In this document: positions 7,792 to 16,556 of the stretch, in pieces | Numbering within the stretch: the first letter of the stretch is position 1 | How the letters are laid out: each line of letters opens with the position of its first letter | Assembly (NCBI GenBank): GCA_964521085.1 | Contig: CAZFPL010000008.1 | Coordinates: 946 to 64,945 of the forward strand | Source: an uncultured Anaerolineales bacterium | GTDB lineage: Bacteria; Chloroflexota; Anaerolineae; Anaerolineales; RBG-16-64-43 | Direction: 5' to 3' | DNA: 64,000 nucleotides | Notes under the pieces: generated by a model | Databases searched by the model: none | The model's input: the letters and a program-made list of their open reading frames with translations, nothing else | Told to the model about the DNA's origin: nothing | Position numbers and translations under genes: made by a program

Positions 7792-9450
7792 TTACGGTTC
7801 GCATGCGCCGCCCGGTTGTGCTCCCTGCGGGCACGGGGCCACGCACTTATCGGGACCCTGCTGCTGTTTCACCCAGCAGCCTAGCGGCTCGGCTTCGACG
7901 ATCGGCACTTTACTGGTATCACCGGACGTCTCCACGTTTTCCTTGGCGAGCCAGCAATGGTTCAGGCTGTTCGGTATCCGCACCCACCACCAGGAGTTAT
8001 CCGCATTCCGGCCGTCGATCGGCACCTCCAGACCCTGGAACAGGGTTGTCAGCGACCGGTACTCGATGCTTGGTCCGCTGCGGCAGTAGGCGTTGTGCAG
8101 GAGTTTGGCGGTGGGGGTTCCGGAACCCGGGGAGGGCAGGAATTGGAAGTCCCATCCGAAGTTGTTCTCGCGGCGGATATCCGCGTCACCAAGTGTAATT
8201 TCATACTCCCCCGTTTCGCAGCCGCGCACCGGAAAGGTGAAGCTGCCGGGGATGAGGACCGAGATGTTCGCTTCGGAAAGGGGATTGATCGAGACGCAAT
8301 ATGCGCCGGCGGCAAGTGGGCCGAACATATAATGCCCGCCCGAATCGGTCGTGGTCGTAGCCAGGCCCGTGGAGGGGCAGGGGCCTGCGCCAAGGTCGAC
8401 GGTCACGCCTTCCAGACCGGGTTCTCCTCCTTCGAAGATGCCATTGGCTTCAAATCCGCCTCCGGGCACGGCGATGCAACCCGGGGGAACGATATCGGTG
8501 CTTGCATAAGGAACGGCACATAGGTCGTGCCACACGTGGCCGTCGATCCAGCTGGACGGTTCGCTGGAGGTGCCCCCGCCTGGACCTCCGCCGGGGATCG
8601 GGAAATCGAACGGCGGGATGGGGGTGATATGGGTCACCGGGAGGGTCGTGCATGCGCTGGTCCGGATGGTGAACGACCAGGTTTCCGACCAGGGGCCGTC
8701 TTCCGAGTCAACCCGGTCGCGCAGGTCGATTTTCACTCTCCAATAGTAACGAGTGCAGTCCGAAAGCTCGGATGTCGTCCAAGGCGGTTGGACTCCCAGA
8801 TAAGGGAGGACGCTGCTGACCTCAATCGGATCGGTGAAGGTCGGCGTCTCGGATATTTGCACCTTGTAATCGCCGGGAGGGATGCAGGTGGTCGGATCGT
8901 CCCATTCAAACAAGGGAGTCCGGATATCCCAAACGGATCCGTCCGGCGGGTAAAGCAAAACCGGAGCCGACATTGTCCCCGGACTGATCACCACGCACTC
9001 TGGTCCGGTGCGAAAGATACCCCAATCGACATCAGGGGTCTCGTCTCCAACACCGGCTTGGATCGACCAAATATACATCGTTCCGGTATCCAATGGATCG
9101 GGAGGGATCCATGATCTCAGGGATCCGGGAATTCGAACATCTGCAACGGCGGGGGGCATGTATGTCGCAGGCCAATTGGTATACAGGCGCAGCTGAAAAT
9201 ACTCGGGGTCGCAGGATGAATCGGAAAAAGACCACTCGAGGGTCGGTGACAATGAATCGATAAGGACGCCCCAATCCGCCTCCGGCCCTCCCGGTGTCAG
9301 GGTTTCGGCTATTCCAAGATGGTCCGGCGAACAGGCCGGCAATCCTCCTTTTGAGACCGGACGGCACGCACCCAGGAACACGACCATCCCTGCGAGCGCC
9401 ACTGTGCGGAACCTGCCGAGAAAAGTCCGAGGTCGAATCCTGTTGATCAT
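7792..9450 (-). CDS. Lipoprotein paralog with extra Cna-B/SdrD-B-like domain and shared C-terminal module
   Basis: The ORF extends to 9498, but AGGAGGAAAA precedes the ATG at 9450 (MINRIRPR...), and a FLGAC lipobox follows. Contains CTRYYWRVKIDL and GVTVDLGAG...TTTDSGGHYMFGPLAAGAYCV. The tail CWVKQQQGPDKCVAPCPQGAQPGGACEP is identical to that of gene 4685-6286; gene 6394-7602 differs by one residue (PCPEGAQ). Confidence 0.85.
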   Translation of the reverse strand: MINRIRPRTFLGRFRTVALAGMVVFLGACRPVSKGGLPACSPDHLGIAETLTPGGPEADWGVLIDSLSPTLEWSFSDSSCDPEYFQLRLYTNWPATYMPPAVADVRIPGSLRSWIPPDPLDTGTMYIWSIQAGVGDETPDVDWGIFRTGPECVVISPGTMSAPVLLYPPDGSVWDIRTPLFEWDDPTTCIPPGDYKVQISETPTFTDPIEVSSVLPYLGVQPPWTTSELSDCTRYYWRVKIDLRDRVDSEDGPWSETWSFTIRTSACTTLPVTHITPIPPFDFPIPGGGPGGGTSSEPSSWIDGHVWHDLCAVPYASTDIVPPGCIAVPGGGFEANGIFEGGEPGLEGVTVDLGAGPCPSTGLATTTTDSGGHYMFGPLAAGAYCVSINPLSEANISVLIPGSFTFPVRGCETGEYEITLGDADIRRENNFGWDFQFLPSPGSGTPTAKLLHNAYCRSGPSIEYRSLTTLFQGLEVPIDGRNADNSWWWVRIPNSLNHCWLAKENVETSGDTSKVPIVEAEPLGCWVKQQQGPDKCVAPCPQGAQPGGACEP

Positions 9451-9952
9451 TTTTCCTCCTATGATTCCTGCCTTGTTCACGGAATGACCGCTTTTCATAC
9501 CGGCGCGGAGTCGGCAGGCGGAACTCCGCTAGCCGGGATAATATGAAATGAATAATGGGATAAGAATTATCGTATTAGTAGAAAGGAAAGTAACTAGATT
9601 GAGAATAGCATAATAAAGACAAGTCGGCTTACATAAAACCTACACAAAACCTCTTAGTGCCGCCGAACTAAAACCAGCCTGGGTTATGGGCGTTGCAGCC
9701 GATTTTTCAGCCGATCCTCCGGCTTTCATTCCATGGCAGGAAAGATCGAAATCGATCTATTATGAAGAGAAAGCGCAGGATGAAGCCGGTCACCCATTGT
9801 TTTGGCTGGTCCGCCAGAAACCGGTGTCAGACCCGGCGATAAGGAACGAGGGAGTTGGGTTCTTATCACCTATACTTGCGCGGATTTCTTTGGTAACCTA
9901 CCCATTGCAGGATGGGGGCCTGCCCAAAGCGCAAGCGACACAGGAGGCATGG

Positions 9953-11248
9953 ATGAAAATCGCAGTCATCGGCGGCGGATCCACCTATTCACCCGAGCTG
10001 GTCAACGGTCTCCTCGAGCGCACGGTGGTCCTGCCCGTGCGCGAACTTTGGTTGGTGGATATCGATGCAGAACGGCTGGAGATCGTGGGTGGATTCATAC
10101 GGCGGATGGTCGCCGCCGCCGGCAGCCCGTTTTCGGTCGAACTGACGGACGATTACAAGCAGGCCGTCGCGGGCGCTTCCTATGTGGTGACCCAGCTGCG
10201 CGTCGGCAAGATGCCCGCCCGCCGGGAGGACGAATACCTCGGCAAGCGCCACGGCCTGATCGGCCAGGAAACAACCGGCGTCGGAGGGATGACCAAAGCC
10301 CTGCGGACGATCCCTGTGATCCGCGGGATCGCCGCGGAGATGCGGCGAGTCGCACCCGGAGCGGTGCTTGCCAATTTCACAAATCCGGCCGGCCTGGTTA
10401 CGCAGGCGCTGACCGACGTGCTGCCGCACGGACAGGGGATCGGGGTATGCAACGTACCCATCACCACCCGGATGAGCATCATCAAGCGTTTGGAAAAGAT
10501 GACCGGAGCCAAAATCGATCCTGCGCGGACCCAGCTCAATACGCTGGGATTGAACCATCTCTCCTGGCATCGGGGATTCACGCTGGACGGAGAGGACCTG
10601 TGGGGGCAGATCCTCGCGGAAACGGTAAAAGAACTGAGAGCGCAACCGGACCCGGAATGGGATCCGGATTGGATCGAGAAGAACCGCCTGCTTCCGAACT
10701 ATTATCTGCAATACTACTACCACACCGAAAAGAAACTCGCCGCCCAGGAGAAGTGGCCGCCTTCGCGCGCCGAGGAGGTGATGGAGGTTGAAAAGCGGCT
10801 GCTGGCGGAATACGCCGAACCGGACCGCACTGCGCCGCCCGAGGATTTGAAAAAACGGGGCGGAGCATACTATTCCACCGCGGCGACACAACTGATCGCC
10901 GCCCACTACGCGGGGAAAGGGGAAGTCCACGTCGTCAACATTGCCCACAACGGCGCAGTAGAAGGCTGGCCGAAGGATTGGGTGCTCGAGATGCCGGTCA
11001 ACGTGACGCGCGGATCCGTGCAGCCGATCCCCGCGCCGCCGCTGCCAAAAATGTGCTACGACCTGATCGCGCGGGTCAAGGAATACGAACTGCTTACCGT
11101 CCAGGCGGCGATCCATGGAGATCGCAAGGCGGCCCGGGGAGCGCTACTCGCCCATCCGCTGGGTCCGGGTCCGGATCGGGTGGACGCGGTGCTTGACGAT
11201 ATGCTGGAGACGAACCGGCACCATCTGCCGTTGTTCTGGGAAAAATAG
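9953..11248 (+). CDS. chbF: GH4 6-phospho-beta-glucosidase (ChbF/CelF-like, NAD/Mn-dependent)
   Basis: MKIAVIGGGSTYSPELVNGL..., VVTQLRVGKMPARREDE, GQETTGVGG, RTIPV, NFTNPAG and GVCNVPI match E. coli ChbF closely. AGGAGG lies 6 nt upstream of the ATG at 9953. The track ORF start at 9686 is an unsupported N-terminal extension. Confidence 0.9.
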   Translation: MKIAVIGGGSTYSPELVNGLLERTVVLPVRELWLVDIDAERLEIVGGFIRRMVAAAGSPFSVELTDDYKQAVAGASYVVTQLRVGKMPARREDEYLGKRHGLIGQETTGVGGMTKALRTIPVIRGIAAEMRRVAPGAVLANFTNPAGLVTQALTDVLPHGQGIGVCNVPITTRMSIIKRLEKMTGAKIDPARTQLNTLGLNHLSWHRGFTLDGEDLWGQILAETVKELRAQPDPEWDPDWIEKNRLLPNYYLQYYYHTEKKLAAQEKWPPSRAEEVMEVEKRLLAEYAEPDRTAPPEDLKKRGGAYYSTAATQLIAAHYAGKGEVHVVNIAHNGAVEGWPKDWVLEMPVNVTRGSVQPIPAPPLPKMCYDLIARVKEYELLTVQAAIHGDRKAARGALLAHPLGPGPDRVDAVLDDMLETNRHHLPLFWEK

Positions 11249-11296
11249 AAGCACAGAATCCGGGATTTCGAAAATTTTAAACCGCTTCCGAAGGGA

Positions 11297-12295
11297 TTGG
11301 ATTTTCCAGTAATGACATCACAAAAAATCCTCCTGGGCGTCGATATCGGCGCCACCAAAACAAGGGCGCTCCTGGCCGACGAGAACGGCGCGGTTCTCGG
11401 TTTCGGCCTGGCCGGTCCCGGAAACCATGAAACGGTGGGATATCCCGGCCTGACGGCGTCTGTGCGATTTGCGCTTGAGATGGCCTGCGCGCAGGCCGGG
11501 GCGGCCGAGGCGGATATCCTGGCAGCCGGATTCGGGATTGGCGGGCTGGATTGGGATTCTCAGGAAGCCGACACCCGCCGGGCGATCGGGGAAACCGGTC
11601 TGCGGTGTCCAATGCGGCTGGTGAACGACACCATTCTGGGATTGGTCGCCGGCGCTCCGGAAGGCTGGGGAGTGGCGGTGGTTTCCGGGACGGGCTGCAA
11701 TTGCTGGGGATGGACCAAGGACCGCACCCGCATCGGGCGGGTGACCGGCGGCGGGATACAAATGGGGGAGGGAGCGGGCGCAACGGAACTGATCGCCGAG
11801 GCGGTCAAGGCGGTTGCCCGGTCTTGGACCAAACGGGGGCCTGCCACCGTGCTGGCGGATGCGTTTGTGGCGTGTGCCGGCGCGCGGGATCTTACCGACC
11901 TGCTGGATGGAATGATGGAAAACCGCTACGAAATGAACGCCTGCTCCGCGCCGCTGATCTTCCAAGCGGCCGCGAAGGGCGACCCGGTCGCCGCCGGACT
12001 GGTGGAGTGGGCCGGAACGGAATTGGGGGAAATGGTGAATGCGGTCGTCCGTCAATTGGATTTCCAGGAATTGGAATTCGATGTAGTGATGATCGGAAGC
12101 ATGTTCGACGGCGGACCGGCCCTGGTGGACGCGATGCGCCGAAAAGTGGCTGCACTGGCGCCGCATGCACGCTACATCCGCCTGGCCTGCCCGCCGGTGG
12201 TGGGAGCCGCAATCCTGGCGATGGAACGGGCCGGCATCCCGGTCTCGGCAAAGGCAAAAGAGCGGCTTGCCCGGGAAACGATCGCGCATATGTAA
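11297..12295 (+). CDS. BadF/BadG/BcrA/BcrD-type ATPase (N-acetylglucosamine kinase-like)
   Basis: KILLGVDIGATKTRALLADENGAVLGFGLAGPGNHE is the typical N-terminal phosphate-1 motif of this sugar-kinase family. The start may instead be the ATG at 11312. Confidence 0.75.
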   Translation: MDFPVMTSQKILLGVDIGATKTRALLADENGAVLGFGLAGPGNHETVGYPGLTASVRFALEMACAQAGAAEADILAAGFGIGGLDWDSQEADTRRAIGETGLRCPMRLVNDTILGLVAGAPEGWGVAVVSGTGCNCWGWTKDRTRIGRVTGGGIQMGEGAGATELIAEAVKAVARSWTKRGPATVLADAFVACAGARDLTDLLDGMMENRYEMNACSAPLIFQAAAKGDPVAAGLVEWAGTELGEMVNAVVRQLDFQELEFDVVMIGSMFDGGPALVDAMRRKVAALAPHARYIRLACPPVVGAAILAMERAGIPVSAKAKERLARETIAHM

Positions 12296-12345
12296 CCGGT
12301 CCGCAGCGGGCCATTCTTCATCTCTATAAAAGGAAAAACGACCTT

Positions 12346-13383
12346 ATGGAATCGGTGCTTTGGAAAGAAATCCACGAACAACCGGAAGTCATCCGGAAAC
12401 TGATCACGGAAGAACATACTCAAATTCTCCGATTGGGGCGCGAGCTTCGGGAAAAGTCGTGCCGCTTTGTGTACCTCGCAGCTCGGGGGACTTCCGACAA
12501 TGCCGCCCGCTACGGACAATACCTCTTCGGCGGGATCAACCGGCTGCCGGTGGCGCTTACGGCTCCTTCCCTCTTCACCACCTATCGGACTCCTCCGCGA
12601 CTTGGGGATGCGCTGGTCATCGGCATTTCGCAATCCGGGCAGTCGCCGGATATTGTTGAGGTGCTGGAGGAGGCGCGCCGGCAGGGGGCGCCGACTATTG
12701 CGATCACCAACGACGGCAATTCGCCGCTGGCTCTGGCGGCCGAGCACGTCCTCCTCCTCGCGGTCGGCCGCGAGCAAAGCGTTGCGGCCACCAAGACGTA
12801 CACCTCGCAACTCGCCGTGCTGGCGATGCTTTCGCTGGCGATGGAGGATCAATTAAAGGAGGAAACGCTTGCGCCGGTCGTGTCCTGGATGGAATCCGCT
12901 TTGCAGGCGGAGCCACAGGCGCAGGCCGCCGCCGAACGAATTGCGGATTCCAACCGCGCAGTCGTTTTGGGCCGCGGTTATCACTTGTGCACCGCGCACG
13001 AAATCGCGCTGAAAATCAAGGAGCTTTCCGGCGTGGAAGCCGAACCGTATTCCACCGCGGATTTCAAACACGGACCGATCGCGATGGCGGAAGGCGGTCT
13101 GCCCGTGATCCTCGTTTCGGTGGGCGCCACTTTCCGGCAGGAAATGGTCGAGTTGGCGGATCTTGTCCGGTCGCAGGGCGCGCGCGTCCTTCCCGTCGCC
13201 GACGAACTTCCCGGCCTCCAGCCTGCGGATTCCTGGATTCCCCTTCCGCCCGGGGAACCCGAATGGCTGACGCCCATCGCGGCGATCATTCCCGGACAGC
13301 TTTTAGCCATCCATCTTACGCGGGCGCGCGGATTGGACCCGGACCGGCCGCGGCATATCCGCAAAGTAACCCTTACGCATTGA
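12346..13383 (+). CDS. SIS-domain sugar-phosphate isomerase/deaminase (GlmS C-terminal/AgaS-like)
   Basis: MESVLWKEIHEQPEVI..., FVYLAARGTSDNAA, VIGISQSGQSPD, ITND, ATKTYTSQ and the tandem SIS pattern support the call. The track ORF 11551-13383 begins inside the previous gene in another frame, so the start was taken at ATG 12346. Confidence 0.75.
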   Translation: MESVLWKEIHEQPEVIRKLITEEHTQILRLGRELREKSCRFVYLAARGTSDNAARYGQYLFGGINRLPVALTAPSLFTTYRTPPRLGDALVIGISQSGQSPDIVEVLEEARRQGAPTIAITNDGNSPLALAAEHVLLLAVGREQSVAATKTYTSQLAVLAMLSLAMEDQLKEETLAPVVSWMESALQAEPQAQAAAERIADSNRAVVLGRGYHLCTAHEIALKIKELSGVEAEPYSTADFKHGPIAMAEGGLPVILVSVGATFRQEMVELADLVRSQGARVLPVADELPGLQPADSWIPLPPGEPEWLTPIAAIIPGQLLAIHLTRARGLDPDRPRHIRKVTLTH

Positions 13384-13523
13384 ATGGAGGAGAAAATTTT
13401 TTATCGTAAACAGAAACCGGTGAAAAAAGCCGTCATGCTAAGCGAATCATCTATGCACACGTTGTAGATCCTTCGCTACGCTCAAGGTGGCATATCCAGA
13501 AGTGTGATCTATAGAACAATCTT

Positions 13524-13580
13524 CACCACAAAGACACCAAGACAAAAAGGAAAAATCTTTGTGTCTTTGTGCCTTGGTGG
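13524..13580. repeat. Copy 1 of a dispersed inverted-repeat element, core CCACAAAGACACC
   Basis: CACCACAAAGACACCAAGAC ... CTTTGTGTCTTTGTGCCTTGGTGG. CACAAAGACAC pairs with GTGTCTTTGTG, and CACCAAG pairs with CTTGGTG. The same core recurs at 58587-58650. Confidence 0.7.
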
Positions 13581-13611
13581 TAAATGAGATTGTTTCAGAC
13601 CAGGGCTGAAA

Positions 13612-14457
13612 ATGGAAAAAACGAAGTACCTGATTGTCAACGCGGATGATTATGGCCGCACCCCGGGTGTCTCCCAAGGCATCCGTGAAGCGCATTTGCA
13701 TGGGATTGTCACCTCGACCTCGGCACTCATGAATATGCCTTGGATCGAAGAGGATTTGCGGATCGCGATGCGGGAAACTCCGGATCTGGGATTGGGCGTG
13801 CATCTGGTGCTCACTTGCGGAACGCCGTTGCGATCGCCCGATTTGGTGGAAACCATAACCGGCGGACATGAGAGTTTTCCGAAATTGCAGGATTTGGTGC
13901 AAAAATTAACGGGTGTGGATCCGGAACAGGCAGCCGCCGAATGGGATACGCAAATTCAGCGGTTCATCGAGCTCACGGGACGGAATCCGGATCACCTGGA
14001 TTCGCATCATCATGTGACCTTTTTTACCGAGGAGTTGTTTTCGAAGTTCCTGGATCTGGCGCGGCGATACAGTTGCGCGATTCGGATCCCGTTTCCAACC
14101 CAGTCGGGCTATTGCGACGGCCTGCCGCAGCAGTTTTCCGACGCGGTGATGGAATTTGTTCCGCGGTTGACACAGCAGGATGCGCCGTCCAAGCCGGATT
14201 GGTTTATCGGCACTTTCTATGATGAACTAGCCACGTCCGAACAGCTTTTCCGGATCCTGGACCAAATGGAAACCGGTGTCTCCGAGATGATGTGCCATCC
14301 CGGGTATGCGGACGAGGCGCTCCTGAATGGCTCGGCCTACAGCAAGCCGCGAGAACGCGAGGTGCGGATCCTGACCATGGATTCGGTCCGGCAGACTTTT
14401 GTGGAACGCGGGATACGGCGGATTAATTTTTCTGCACTTACACAATTGCCCAAATAG
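13612..14457 (+). CDS. chbG: ChbG/YdjC-family carbohydrate (chitooligosaccharide) deacetylase
   Basis: YLIVNADDYGRTPGVSQGIREAHLHGIVTSTSALMN and LDSHHHV are hallmark YdjC motifs. Confidence 0.85.
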   Translation: MEKTKYLIVNADDYGRTPGVSQGIREAHLHGIVTSTSALMNMPWIEEDLRIAMRETPDLGLGVHLVLTCGTPLRSPDLVETITGGHESFPKLQDLVQKLTGVDPEQAAAEWDTQIQRFIELTGRNPDHLDSHHHVTFFTEELFSKFLDLARRYSCAIRIPFPTQSGYCDGLPQQFSDAVMEFVPRLTQQDAPSKPDWFIGTFYDELATSEQLFRILDQMETGVSEMMCHPGYADEALLNGSAYSKPREREVRILTMDSVRQTFVERGIRRINFSALTQLPK

Positions 14458-14477
14458 AAAAAATTAAACGGAAAAAG

Positions 14478-14508
14478 AAAAAACCTCCTTTTATCTTGGG
14501 AGGTTTTT
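14478..14508. terminator. Bidirectional intrinsic terminator between convergent chbG and the anti-sigma gene
   Basis: AAAAAACCTCC - 10-nt loop - GGAGGTTTTT. The hairpin has an A-run on one side and a T-run on the other. Confidence 0.75.
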
Positions 14509-14532
14509 ATATCCTTTCGATAATGGCGTGTC

Positions 14533-15843
14533 TTATTTCATGCTTTCAGCGATGGCGGTCAGATCGGTGTGATCCAGCCTTCCGCCAAACGCGGATGACC
14601 TGGTGAAAGTCATCATCAGTTTCAAGCCTTCCTTTGTCCAGATCAGCGCTTGCGCCAATTCGTTGGAAAGGATTTTCCCCGTCAGATCATCGATCCTGAC
14701 TTCCTCGGCCGTCGTCGGTTCCTGATGCCGCGAGGTCAAAGCGTAAAACATCCACTCAAGTTCGGCCGGAATGGATATTGGCATCTCATAAATATAAAGA
14801 TCTGCAACCGACCGCCGGTCTTTGATCAGGCAATATCTAACCGTCACAAAATCCGCAAGATAAGGCGTATATCCTTGAGACAGGGCTTGATCATCATGAT
14901 GATAGCTTGCGCCGCAAAATTGGAATTCCTTCGGGAGGAGTCCGGGTTCGAGAATGTTGTATCCGGCCTGTTGTTCGACGGGGGGCGTATCGAAACCGGC
15001 TAGGGTATCGATGCCATTTGAAATGGAGACCAGGTTCTCCGCAAAGTCGATCAGTTTTTCTTTCATCCCCTCCTTGGGGGCTTGCTCGACGGAAATCTCA
15101 AACCACCGGCTGCCTTCCTTCCAGCGCAAACGGTAATACGGATCCTCTGAGTACCACCATTTCCCTGCATTCGGAGAATTCGGCTGTGAGACCCAGTGCC
15201 CGGCGGCATATTCGGCCGGATACGGACCCACCTTAACCGCTTGAACGGCATCCTCCGCGACCCCGCACCAGGGCTCCGGACATGAGGATGGAAACTCTCC
15301 GAGGCCCTGGTTGATCTGATAAAAGACTCCGTCCGCGTGGAATGATAGGAGGACCTCGGGCAAATTGCGGTCTACATACAGGAAGTCGAATATCACCTTC
15401 AAACGGTCCGCCGGGAAGGATCGGATCTCGAAGCCGGCTTCGGCCTCGGCATTGATCAGCTGGCACGGGAAGGTCGAAGACAGGGGGGCGATCATCTCGC
15501 CGCATAAATCCATATTGACGGCGGGAATGGGTTCCACGATCACCAGACTGATGGGAATGGAATGGGTGGGTACCGGTGTGCGGGTGGGTTCGAAAGAAGG
15601 AGGAAAATATTTTTCGGTTGTGGTTGCAAAGAATCCGATGATCTGTTGAGCGAGCGCCCGGCCCTGGGGGGTGAACACCAGCAGGAATACGAAAACCACG
15701 ATCGCGATTCCCGCGCCTGCGTACATCCGGCGGTGAACCGCTGCAGAGGGGGTCCACTGCGCGCGATCCATTCGGCGGTAAAAAGACTGCGACGGCGTCG
15801 GTTGAAAATCATGCATTCGTTCTTCAATGGTTTTCAAGGACAT
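14533..15843 (-). CDS. Putative anti-sigma factor, single-pass membrane protein with large extracytoplasmic domain
   Basis: It starts 2 nt after the ECF sigma stop. It has a short cytoplasmic N-terminus, one TM helix (GAGIAIVVFVFLLVFTP) and a ~370-aa outside domain. No zinc-binding HxxxCxxC motif is present. Confidence 0.55.
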   Translation of the reverse strand: MSLKTIEERMHDFQPTPSQSFYRRMDRAQWTPSAAVHRRMYAGAGIAIVVFVFLLVFTPQGRALAQQIIGFFATTTEKYFPPSFEPTRTPVPTHSIPISLVIVEPIPAVNMDLCGEMIAPLSSTFPCQLINAEAEAGFEIRSFPADRLKVIFDFLYVDRNLPEVLLSFHADGVFYQINQGLGEFPSSCPEPWCGVAEDAVQAVKVGPYPAEYAAGHWVSQPNSPNAGKWWYSEDPYYRLRWKEGSRWFEISVEQAPKEGMKEKLIDFAENLVSISNGIDTLAGFDTPPVEQQAGYNILEPGLLPKEFQFCGASYHHDDQALSQGYTPYLADFVTVRYCLIKDRRSVADLYIYEMPISIPAELEWMFYALTSRHQEPTTAEEVRIDDLTGKILSNELAQALIWTKEGLKLMMTFTRSSAFGGRLDHTDLTAIAESMK

Positions 15844-15844
15844 G

Positions 15845-16441
15845 CTATTTCTCCTGAGACCGCGGCCAGTCCCTGTGCAACCGGTCGAGTGTCCGCCGGA
15901 TAGTCACGGACACGGTATTATCGGGAATGCCGAGATGATCCGCTATTTGATGGACATGCCAACCAAGCATATAGCGCAAGACAAGCATCTCTCGTGGACC
16001 GTCGGGAAGCGATTGCAGCATCCGGAGCAATTCGGATTGCTCCTCCCCGGACGATACAATCTCTTCCGGACCGGGATCCTGATTGGCAAGTTCCGCAGGT
16101 GGATTTTCTTCCCTTGCGGGATGCGTTTTTCGCCGGCGGTACCGGTCGATCACCAGCCGGCGGGCGATCGTGAGCAGCCAACCGGTTGCGGCTCGCTCAT
16201 CCCCGTGGAAAATGCGACGTGTTTTCCAGGCGCGTGAAAAGGTCTCAGCGGTCAGATCTTCCACTTCGGCGGCCGGACCGCCGGTCAATCCGTAGAGGTA
16301 TCGAAAAACCGACAAGTGAGCGTGTTCAAACAAAATGCTGAATCCGGACGACGTGGAAAATTGAGCATCGGTGATTTCGGGTTTCGATGAATGGAAGAGG
16401 TTTCGGAATCGATCTGCCAAAACGGCTCCTTTGACAGGCAA
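15845..16441 (-). CDS. ECF-type RNA polymerase sigma-70 factor
   Basis: Region 2 reads LTAETFSRAWKTRRIF...WLLTIARRLVIDRYRRRK. Region 4 reads LQSLPDGPREMLVLRYMLGWHVHQIADHLGIPDNTVSVTIRRTLDRL. Confidence 0.9.
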   Translation of the reverse strand: MPVKGAVLADRFRNLFHSSKPEITDAQFSTSSGFSILFEHAHLSVFRYLYGLTGGPAAEVEDLTAETFSRAWKTRRIFHGDERAATGWLLTIARRLVIDRYRRRKTHPAREENPPAELANQDPGPEEIVSSGEEQSELLRMLQSLPDGPREMLVLRYMLGWHVHQIADHLGIPDNTVSVTIRRTLDRLHRDWPRSQEK

Positions 16442-16556
16442 GCATTGTCACTATAGTAAACGCAATCCGGCAATAAATCTGACAAAACACTTGACGACTG
16501 GAGTCGGAAAGAAAACCCCTGTTATTTCAGCCTTTTTTCCCCTTTCTTTCAATCGC

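Noticed and set aside
9686-9952. N-terminal 89-aa extension of the GH4 ORF
   Set aside because: The family-typical N-terminus MKIAVIGGGS (Rossmann GxGS) begins at 9953 and is preceded by AGGAGG. The extension has no family counterpart. The region may be a 5' leader, but I could not recognise a riboswitch.
11551-12345. N-terminal 265 aa of the 610-aa ORF
   Set aside because: It overlaps the BadF-type kinase gene in another frame and is Gly/Arg-rich. The SIS protein starts convincingly at ATG 12346 (MESVLWKEIHEQPE).
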